A stretch of 63,004 nucleotides of DNA, the filler included, from Aduncisulcus paluster (Eukaryota), in assembly GCA_024181965.1 (NCBI GenBank). It is 22 parts of 22 records of this genome, joined end to end, with 100 filler letters (N's around TTAATTAATTAA, not from the genome) between each part and the next. Parts side by side here need not be neighbours in the genome. Positions count along the whole stretch, not along the records: positions 36,952 to 38,567 come from BQXS01000318.1; positions 38,668 to 39,998 come from BQXS01000319.1; positions 40,099 to 43,753 come from BQXS01000320.1; positions 43,854 to 49,948 come from BQXS01000321.1; 18 more parts are not named here. One strand, given 5' to 3'. The notes below the pieces were generated by a model. That model saw only the letters and a program-made list of their open reading frames with translations. It had not been told where the DNA came from and did no database searches. The translations under genes were made by a program, and so were the position numbers. Positions 36,852 to 46,636 of this stretch are shown piece after piece. Positions within the stretch are counted from its first letter, which is position 1. The number at the start of each line of letters is the position of its first letter.

Positions 36852-37547
36852 NNNNNNNNNNNNNNNNNNNNNNNNNNNNNNNNNNNNNNNNNNNNTTAAT
36901 TAATTAANNNNNNNNNNNNNNNNNNNNNNNNNNNNNNNNNNNNNNNNNNNNCCATTTTATACAGTGCAGCCAACTCAAGTCTGTCTATCTCCACTCCTGT
37001 GATCGTGAACAAGATACATCGTGTATTGAATGTTGGTAACAGTGCTTCATTTGATGAAGATGTAACAGTTGATGGTACTCTTTCCTTTGGTACTGTTTCC
37101 TTGAGTGAGAATAGTTCTATCGTGAAAAAAATGAATAAATTAAGATAAAATACCAATAAAAAAGATTAAAAAAGACCATTAAAAATAATTTAGCTTAAAT
37201 TAAGAACCTTGATGCCTCTCAGCTCACTGGAAAAATGAAACATCATCAAATAATATCATCAACAAGTATCAGAACAAAAAAAACATTATAATAACAATGA
37301 AAACCGAGAAAAAATAAAAATATCTTAAATTAAAAAAATCAAACTGTCTCATACAAAGACATATATACAACATCATCAAAGCAAAAAATGATATTTATTT
37401 AACACTATAAAACATAGTAAAAATCCAAAAAAAATTATATTCATCATAATATTATTTTATTTGTTCTTAAATTAGATGGCATCTGGGCAGCATACTATGC
37501 CAAACTAGTAGTTTTTTCGTAACGTATCGTACAATAAGGTATTCATT

Positions 37548-37953
37548 ATGCCCGATGAAAATCCCCAACAAGAGGTCCCAACTCTTCCAGTGCCACTAAC
37601 AGGGAGACGCAGACATGGTGACCGTCCTGTCAGTGATAGAGCTCTACTAGAGCATATGTGTGATCTCCTTCAAGTCTTATATAAGGCTGAAACACAAAAA
37701 TCCTTCAAATATTATTCGAGTTGCGTTCATCACGCAATTATGTGGAGAAAGCATGAGGGAAAGATATTGTGTAAAGAAGCTATCGCTAAATTGGCTTCTG
37801 AACATGCTCCCTCTATCAAAGCCAAGGATGTGAAAAAAAAATTGAATGTGATTCTGAAGGAAAAATGTCTTCAAGAGGGTATAGTCTCAATCGAAGACAC
37901 GATTAAAGAAATGATAACGTTTCTTAAGTATACAATTAATAATTGTATTGCTG
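37548..37953 (+). CDS. Hypothetical ORF truncated by an LTR insertion
   Basis: ATG-initiated ORF whose stop (TGA) lies inside the LTR start. Confidence 0.45.
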
Positions 37954-38190
37954 TGTGGTGACCCCACCTGAAACTTTTATCGCATATATATTTCTATAAC
38001 AATAATTCTTTCTATTATTATTTATTTGGATTATGTTTATTTATGATATTTATTTTATATTTTATTTGACATGATTCGACATGTAATTGATTCTCACGGA
38101 ATCAATCCGATCTTCTTCAAACTAATAAACTTGCTTCCTTCTATAGTTGGTTTCCGGTGTTTCTTGCTTTTATTAGTACTTAACACCACA
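37954..38190 (+). repeat. 5' LTR (237 bp)
   Basis: TGTGGTG...CACCACA 7-bp terminal inverted repeat and AATAAA; first 10 nt (TGTGGTGACC) identical to the LTR at 30556. Confidence 0.75.
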
Positions 38191-38294
38191 ATTTGATCAA
38201 ATTTAAAGGAAATTTTTTTTACTGTAAAGTAATTATTGGTGGTTTTTATTCCTCGTGCATTGGTAGCATTTGAGAAGAATCTTTGGTGATTTAA

Positions 38295-38567
38295 ATGGGT
38301 AAATCTGGAAAAACTAAGACGGCTAAAACTGGCGATGGTATAGCTGGTGAAATCCCTAAGGATAAGAAGAAAACTGGTAAAGGGAAACCTGATGGAACTG
38401 GTGATGCTGGTCATGAAGATTTATTGGTTGATGGAGACCACAGTGGCAGTGGCTCTACTTTTTCAGTTGGTTTGAGCAATAATTTATTGACTCGTGGAGA
38501 TTTGGGACCCACAGCGATTTTCTCTGAATCTGGTGTCAGAAAGAAAGTCTTACCGGTATTAAAGGAT
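38295..38567 (+). mobile_element. Probable gag N-terminus, 3' truncated
   Basis: ATG ~100 nt after the LTR and palindrome; basic N-terminus; identity inferred from position. Confidence 0.55.
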
Positions 38568-38667
38568 NNNNNNNNNNNNNNNNNNNNNNNNNNNNNNNNN
38601 NNNNNNNNNNNTTAATTAATTAANNNNNNNNNNNNNNNNNNNNNNNNNNNNNNNNNNNNNNNNNNNN

Positions 38668-39998
38668 TGTTGAATTGCTCTTTGTGACTATTCCGATGTG
38701 CAGGGATGGAGGGAGCCGAAGCAAAATTCTCTTGCTTCCCACGTGTCAATTCAATGTGATCATCTTCTCCACCCCAGATCTGAGCTTCGTCTCCATGTGC
38801 ATGCGGACCAACACCTCGAACATGGTCAAGCATCCCAGAGAACAGACACATGCACTTGCACATCATAAACAGTTTCCCCACATTCACTCCATAATTGGAT
38901 TCCACGAATGTGAACTTCGACATGCACTGTAGGAGTGCTGTCATGGATATGTCAGTGGATGCAGGCGTCTGTGATGGATGTGAGGATGTGGACGAGAAGG
39001 AGATGTGCTTTGAGATGGGGGTGAATGACATGACATTGTCGGGTGGACACACGGATCGCTTGACACGACCAAGCAGAAGCTCAGGGAAGGTGAAATCGAA
39101 TTTCTGGATTCGCACAGAGAGCATAACATCCGTGTACTGAAGCTGTGGGACGGAAGAGGGCATCTGGTATGGGAGCTCGACAGTCTTAAATGTGCCTCCA
39201 GTGCAGCATTGCATAGCCTTGCGACGGTGCTTGAGATACGACACAGAGGCAACCCAGTACTGTGACACTGTGCCGGAAGAGGATGTGGACGTTTGGGAGA
39301 ATGTGGAGGACGGTGTGACAGCAGAGTCACCATGTAGGAATGGAATGGATGGATATCTCGCATATTTCCATGAAGGAATCAACAAGAAGGATTCTTCAAT
39401 ATGCTGTGGAACAGACAAGCGATCAGATGGTTCATTGGAGGAGAGACTCGGAGAGCTAACATCACTACTGCCAGTGGGAGTCGTGGAAGTGGGTGTGTTG
39501 AATTCATCCTCATCATTCATACGCAACACGATCGAGTTCACTTTGCTGGCGAATCTATACCCACACGCACTTTCACGTTGGTTGTACAGATTCATGAAGG
39601 TACCAATATCTTTCTTAAGCTCTTGCAGCCGAGAGTGATATTGTTGTTGCAGAGCCAATAACATCTTCTGTTTCTCGGTCCTTTTCTGAATCTGGCCATC
39701 AATACTCATGAGTGCATTCTCATCCTGTTGCAGGGAATTCATGTATGCGTCTCGCTGTCTTGGCGTAAGGCCATCCTGATCAACATGATCCAGTTGGCTC
39801 TGAGATTTCTCAACATCACTCTGGGCCTGACGACGTTGTTTCCTCGCTTCAGCAATAGCCCCAGTCTGTCGCTGCAGTTCTTTGCCATTGAGTTCAAGCT
39901 CCCTCATGATTTTACGAAGTTCGGCATTCATCGCAAGAACCTTGCTCTTATACTCTGCCGCTTCTTCACCAAGCTTCCCCTCATCCTTCACACCCACA
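38668..39998 (-). CDS. Hypothetical coiled-coil protein, partial at both ends
   Basis: Frame open across the whole contig. Confidence 0.65.
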
Positions 39999-40098
39999 NN
40001 NNNNNNNNNNNNNNNNNNNNNNNNNNNNNNNNNNNNNNNNNNTTAATTAATTAANNNNNNNNNNNNNNNNNNNNNNNNNNNNNNNNNNNNNNNNNNNN

Positions 40099-43000
40099 GC
40101 TAGATGTTCGAGTTGCTTGATACAATTCAATGACTTTCAATACTTCTCTCAGGGAGTAAGAGTTAATTAAACCATGTTCCCTGCTCTTTTCAAGGGACAT
40201 TACAAATGCCGTGGTCATAATACTGAACATTTCGGTGACATTTTCCCCCCCAATTCGAGATTGTATGAGTTCACTCATGATATCTGTCATTTCTTTAAGG
40301 GAATAGTTGTTGATGGGCAAAAATATCACAGAGTCACGAACAAATCGTGGAATCTCCAGTCTAGCACCACTATATTGCATCGGATTGAATGTAGCAATGG
40401 CCAACACATGAGAACAATCCACCAGTGATCCATTTGGTAAGGTAATGAATTTGACTCTATTCGATGAAAAAAGGGGAAGGAAAACATCCATCACTTCTCG
40501 AGGAGCTAAGTTGAATTCATCCAAGACCAGTAGAAGTTTCGGAGGTCTTTGATACTTCCTAAAGTCACATTCTTGATATTCCATTTTCTCAGATTCTGAG
40601 GAGGCCAACATTTCAATAAAATAAGTATCATCATCTGTGTAGCGAGTTTCATGGATTGAAGACACGATAGAACCACCAGAGTCTTCAAATACAATCCCTG
40701 TCTCTGACTTTGACTGCCTGATCTTTCCAAACATGTCTTCCTTGGAAGTGCTATTACTGAAGTTTATACGTTTGAATCGAATGCCAACAAGATCTGCTAT
40801 GGCCTTGACAATATCTGACTTTCCAATTCCTGGCACTCCTTCTATGAAAATAGATGTGTTCACGGCAATAGATGTCAACACAGCATCTCCAACATGTCTC
40901 AAAGTGGGAACAAACACAAACTTATCCACAGAGGTCGGAATTTCATGGTCACGTGGAACAGGCTGCGAAAATACAACATTTGAGAAGGAAGATCGAACAA
41001 AAAGGAGTTTCTTGGAACGATTTTGAGGATAATCTTGATATGAAACAGAAAATGGACTTGAGAAAGACTTATCCTTGTCCTTCTTGGAGTTTGAATTAGA
41101 TTGCGATTGAGTCCGTGGTTTGGGCTTGCTTTTCTCCTTCTCTTTTTCTTCCTCATCTTCCCTCTCCTCTTCTTCTTCTTCTTTCTCAAGTACAATGATT
41201 TCTCTACCAGGGATAAACATTCTGTTTTCATCCAATACTCTGAGAAAAGCTTTCCGTTCATTTTCAGGGAATCCCCACACAACACAGTGAAAGAAAGAGC
41301 TCATTACACATCGAGATTCCTCCATAGATTCCTCATACTTATGGGCCTTATTTGTCTTGTCTTGGTGACAACTATGGTGGAAAAGAGAAATCGAGGCATG
41401 AACCCAAAGAATGATTGATTTGAATGGAATGACTATTTCTTTGGTTTGAGGATCACGATTGATTTTCTGGAACACATCTTTGAAAGCAGCAATGAAAGAA
41501 TTGCATGTAATGATTGGGAAAGAACTAAGATCACGTTGCTTTGCAATGATGGATTCAATGATAGTAAGTGTATCCTGATCGCTGTAGGGTTCCACATGAA
41601 CAATGGACATTCTGGATCGAATGGATGGAGTGAGTTTTGAGAAAGAAGAAGCCGCACATGTAGCATATAGAACAAAACGATTCATTCGAGATGTATTACA
41701 AACAGGGAGATTATTCTTTCGGAACAGGCCAGCACTATCTTGAGGAATATCAAAAACAGCACCAGCAGGGTCCAAGAAGGGACAAATCGCCTGAATAACG
41801 GAAGAAGAGGGTTCAATCAGATTTTTAACCAACACTGGTTTTCCAAACATAGCCTGTTCCAAAAATAGAGCAGGTGCGAACAAGGTACTAAATGAACTAA
41901 TCGGGGAATGGTCTGCAGATGAGCTTCGGTGCAATGTTTTGAGTCGAGAGATTTCTTTTTCAAGACATCTACAATAATCAATGACAACCGGTGAAACCTT
42001 TCGTAATTCTGAATATTTAGCCTTGATTGTAGTTGAATTAACAGCCTTAACATTTCCATGATAGCCTTCGATTTGTTTGAATAATTTATCTCTCGCCACT
42101 TCAAGCTGTTGAAGATTCCTCAACAGAATCTTCCCGATTAAGGTCTCAACCTCCAAATCCTTATTAAGCTCCAAGATGGGAACATCACACGCATGACGAA
42201 GCTGTGCAAGTTCGTCCAGAGCAGATGTCTTGTATCCTGATTCTCCAACAACCAAAATATGCTCACTTTGGGAGGATAATAATAGACTAAAAACAGTATC
42301 GAGATATTTGGAGTTCATTATCGAAGGTTCTCTCATGATATTGATTGAGATATCACCCTTTTGAATAGATCGTCTTCCAGATTCAACAATGTACCGCGAA
42401 GAAGTATCGTACCATTTGTGAGATGGCAATATTTCGAATTCCTTATCCTCATCCTCTTTGTTTTCTTCTGAAAGGAAACACTCATCGATGAGACGACATA
42501 TCTCAATTATTACACTGGAATCAGTCGATTTGGGAATAGAATGACAGAAATAGTCACAGCAAACACGAGCAGGAAGGAGACAAGTTTCATAATATTTTGG
42601 ATAGATTTTCTCAAAATCAGCATTTGAGGATCGAATCGGAGAAGCTGAATCAAGAGCATCCTCAATTCGATTGACAACAGTCTCTATATCACTGGGTGAG
42701 AAATTAATGTTCGAAGTTGATGGCTTGGAGGAAATTTTTGAAGCAAATGAATACAACAATTTAGAAACCTTCCGAACGACCTCCTCAGCTTCAGATTTAA
42801 TATTTAAACCAATTTGTAAGTAATCCTGCAGATTCAGAACCCCTACATGATAATTAACAACATTGGATAGAGTATCCACGGGTTCACGAGATGTGCATAT
42901 GAATTGGAAATCCTTATGACGAATTGGGTTGATATTTGGGTGATTTGGAACAGAGAAACGTTGTCCCACAGGTGTTGACAAAGCATCATTGATATGATGG

Positions 43001-43753
43001 AGCATCAAGTCACTCAACATATGAATGTTCTCAAATATGACACAAAGACCACATCTCATGGCTTGAACAAAGGATTTCTCAGCGAATTGAAGGTGATCAA
43101 CAAGGGTGATGGATCCAAAAATATGCTCCAATTCGATATTTGCATGGCATTGGATCACCAAGGGTGAAGAATTACGAGATTTTGAAATGGATTCAGCCAA
43201 CACAGTTTTCCCAGTGTTAGGATCACCATATAGACACAAAGGAGTTCGTGTCATCACAGATGGAGCAAGGATGTGTAAATGCTTATCTAAAGAATCAGTT
43301 TTGGTGTAAGGAGAAAGAGAAACACCTTGAAACACATCAGAAAAAGTGTTATTAAGATAGACTCGAATTGAATCACTTTCTTTAGGGCTAAAAATAGATG
43401 TACTTCTCGGATGAGAAAGTCCAATGATTTCTTCTTCTTCTTCTTCTTCTTCTTCTTCTTCTTCTTTTTCTTCTTCCTCTTTCTCTTCCTCGTCCTTTTT
43501 TGATTCAAACAAAAATGCAGTATTATCCTTGAATAAACATAGAGAAGTGTTACAAACATTATTTATAATATCTTCTCCGAGAGTAATGTCTTTCAAATCT
43601 TTCTCACCTTTCCCCTTAAAGTTCAGTCCTTCTTTCTGTTTCTCATAAAATACTGCATCAGAGCATTGAAGTATAAAATTCAACAAGAAATGGAATGGAG
43701 ATTTCACCATATGAGTCTGAACAATTGAACTTACAGCTTTTGAAAGATATTTT
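40099..43753 (-). CDS. Midasin/Rea1-like multi-AAA+ ATPase, partial
   Basis: Walker A GDPNTGKT and GVPGIGKS plus degenerate GESGYKT; RINFSNSTSKEDMFG, LVLDEFNLA, ATFNP, SLRE. Confidence 0.8.
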
Positions 43754-43853
43754 NNNNNNNNNNNNNNNNNNNNNNNNNNNNNNNNNNNNNNNNNNNNTTA
43801 ATTAATTAANNNNNNNNNNNNNNNNNNNNNNNNNNNNNNNNNNNNNNNNNNNN

Positions 43854-44494
43854 AGCTGATTCTCGATAATATCAATCGATTGCAAAAAAAATTCAATTTA
43901 GATAAGTTACCCGTGGATGAGACGTCTAGAATACAAACATTAGTGGATAATTGGGCCGAGATCTTCCCATTATCGGCAAAACGATTTTGGAGAAGAGAGA
44001 AATTTGGAGGGACGATAAGGAGGGATAAGTATCCCATGAAGTATGCTTCCACACTTCTGAAGAGGGCCAAAAAAGAACAAAAACAGCTGTTGGTCTGCTA
44101 TGGGGACTGTGGACGAGCACACCTGGGTAGAGATAAACCATTTAAAGCCACATATAATGGCTATAGATCTACGTCCAGTACCTCTTCCTTTCCGAACAAA
44201 TTAAAACAAACAGTTCAATCAAGAGGGGGTATATTCATTGAAGTTGATGAATACCATACGTCCAAGTTGTGTCCATGTTGCCACAATGAATTGTCAACGG
44301 TCGATGAAAAAAGGCGAATGAGAAAGTGTGGAAAGTGTGGTTTTGAAGGCAATAGGGACTATTCAGCTGCATATAATATTGCTATTCTTGGACTAAAAAA
44401 ACATTTTTGCCAGCCTTTTCCATCAGCTTTCATACGTCCGAGTTCTTTGGATGATCATCATCCTGTAGATGATCTACAAGCTTTTTCTCCTTAG
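43854..44494 (+). CDS. Fanzor1-type (TnpB-derived) RNA-guided nuclease, C-terminal half; 5' truncated by the contig edge
   Basis: LVCYGD (Gly at the canonical RuvC-II Glu position), VDEYHTSKLCPCC, CGKC, NRDYSAAYNI (RuvC-III), P.AF.RP tail. Confidence 0.88.
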
Positions 44495-44521
44495 TTATAC
44501 TATTTTTTACTATTTTTTTCG

Positions 44522-44587
44522 CACCGGTACTGATAACCTACTTGTAGGTAGTCGGACCATGGTGGTTTTGGCAATCTTTTGCCAAAC
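44522..44587 (+). ncRNA. Candidate Fanzor omegaRNA scaffold (core hairpins)
   Basis: Long stem-loop 44522-44564 with G-U pairs favouring the + strand, then TTTGGCAA-TCTT-TTGCCAAA; GC-rich island 27 nt after the Fanzor stop. Confidence 0.6.
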
Positions 44588-45139
44588 AATGATTTCTTTA
44601 TTCAACAAGTGAAACCAGATTATTTCTTAGGTATATCAGCAATTTTAATTTTTAGGTATATTTTTTGATTGTTTGAATCTATTTTATTTTCGTTATCCAT
44701 CTCAGAATCAGTAAAATTGAGTTTTGAATTTCAAACTCTGGCATGGATATATATATGAAGATATATTAAAAATGAATTTTTTGATATGAAGAGTTATTGT
44801 AAAGTACATTAAATTTGCCGTTATGCAAAAATACCCGTCTACAGCGGATTTAAACTCAAACTTCGACTTTCCTTGCATACATATACTCTCATCTGCACAA
44901 AATATGAAATTATTCCTGTTGACTGGTTCCATAGGCACTGGAAAATCTACAGTAGCCAAAATTCTTGCAAAGAATGGTGTTAATATCATTGACTGCGATT
45001 CCATTGTTAGAGAGCTTCAAAAACCAGGCCAACCAATTTGGATGAGTATAAAACAGAAGTTTGGAGAAGAGTATNNNNNNNNNNNNNNNNNNNNAACTTC
45101 GACTTTCCTTGCATACATATACTCTCATCTGCACAAAAT

Positions 45140-46390
45140 ATGAAATTATTCCTGTTGACTGGTTCCATAGGCACTGGAAAATCTACAGTAGCCAAAATTC
45201 TTGCAAAGAATGGTGTTAATATCATTGACTGCGATTCCATTGTTAGAGAGCTTCAAAAACCAGGCCAACCAATTTGGATGAGTATAAAACAGAAGTTTGG
45301 AGAAGAGTATTTTGATCCAAAGTATGTTTTCCCTTTATAGATAACCCTTTTTCACTTGTCTTGAAAATTCAGCTGATAGTTAATTTTATTGCATTTATTT
45401 CACCCATTTTATCTTTTCTTTTGATTTATCCTTATTCCTATTTCTAATTGATTGCTATTTCCCCAATATAGAACCCATGAAATTGACAGAGAAAAACTCG
45501 GTCAACTGGTCTTTGCTAATCCTTACAAATTGAATGAATTAAACAGAGTTTCTCATCCCCATGTTTTCCGAAAAGTAGCCTCTCTTATTTTCAAAGAATG
45601 GAGTGTTAGTCCTACAGCTTCCAAAATGGTTTGTGTGGATATTCCTTTGCTTTATGAGAGCAAAATACACATTCCAAGAACAGATTTATGTCATTCTTGC
45701 TTTGCTATCGATCAATTTGAGGCTCAATTAATGTCTCATCGCCTTGCTCAGCAAGAAGAAGCTAGAAGGGAGAAAGAACGTATCTATGCCACTAAAAGGC
45801 TCGAAGAGCTCGATATTGAAGAAGCAAAAGAGAAGGAAGAAGGCAGTGAAGGCACGATAGCTCAGAAGAAGAGAGATGCCGAAAGGAAAGCATTGAAGAA
45901 GACCCTTGCCAAACCATCACGCACTGAGATAGAATTATTGACTTGTAAAGCCAGAGCATCCAGAATGGAAGAATTATCTGTAATTTCACACACTCCAGAG
46001 CCTCATGTTTATGATATTCTTCGCCATGCCCCTATGGTGACCGTTTCTTGTTCCAAAGAGCAGCAATTGAGTCGTCTCATGAAGCGAAACCATCTTTCTG
46101 AGGAAGATGCTCTTAAAAGAATACATTCTCAAATGGATATTGAAACTAAGGCTCGACTTTCTGACTTTGTCATTGATAACTCGGGAAGTATGGAGATGAC
46201 CGAAAGAGTTGTGAATGAATTTGTGAAATCTGATGAAATCTTCGAAGAAATTGAATCGATTGCGGCCAAAAAGAGAGGAGAGAGAACAGTAATTGGTGAT
46301 GTTGTCCGTAATTCCTCTCTTCCGATGATAATTGGGGGGATCGGTGTTTTAATTGGAGTTGTACTATCCGTGAAAAAGTTCTTGGTATAA
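45140..46390 (+). CDS. coaE: Dephospho-CoA kinase; exons 45140-45321 and 45472-46390
   Basis: [60 protein letters not shown]. Confidence 0.93.
45322..45471 (+). other. Spliceosomal intron (150 nt)
   Basis: GTATGT...TTCTAAT...TATAG; removal restores [14 protein letters not shown] of DPCK. Confidence 0.9.
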
Positions 46391-46636
46391 TTTATGTTAT
46401 GAATATAAACTAGATCCATGTTTTTATTGATGAGATTTCTTCCATTGCGTTCTTTTCATTTTATTCATATAAAATATATTAAATACAATAAATTATTAGC
46501 ATTAAAAGGAGAAAATATCGTTTATTGCCTTCTAAATTTGAAGGATGCTCAGTGAATGATGTTGCTATGTTTTCGGACAAATTAAGAAATTATAAGATTC
46601 ATTTGAATATATATTTCTAAATTTAATAAGATTTAT

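Noticed and set aside
37956-37964. tRNA-Trp-like primer-binding site TGGTGACCC
   Set aside because: It is part of the LTR 5' terminus, whose inverted partner CACCACA is at 38184-38190
40099-44494. Functional linkage of the Fanzor to the upstream AAA protein or to retroelements in the window
   Set aside because: Separated by spacers; the contigs are unlinked
44859-45310. Duplicated DPCK first exon
   Set aside because: 216-bp copies flank a 20-N gap; artefact
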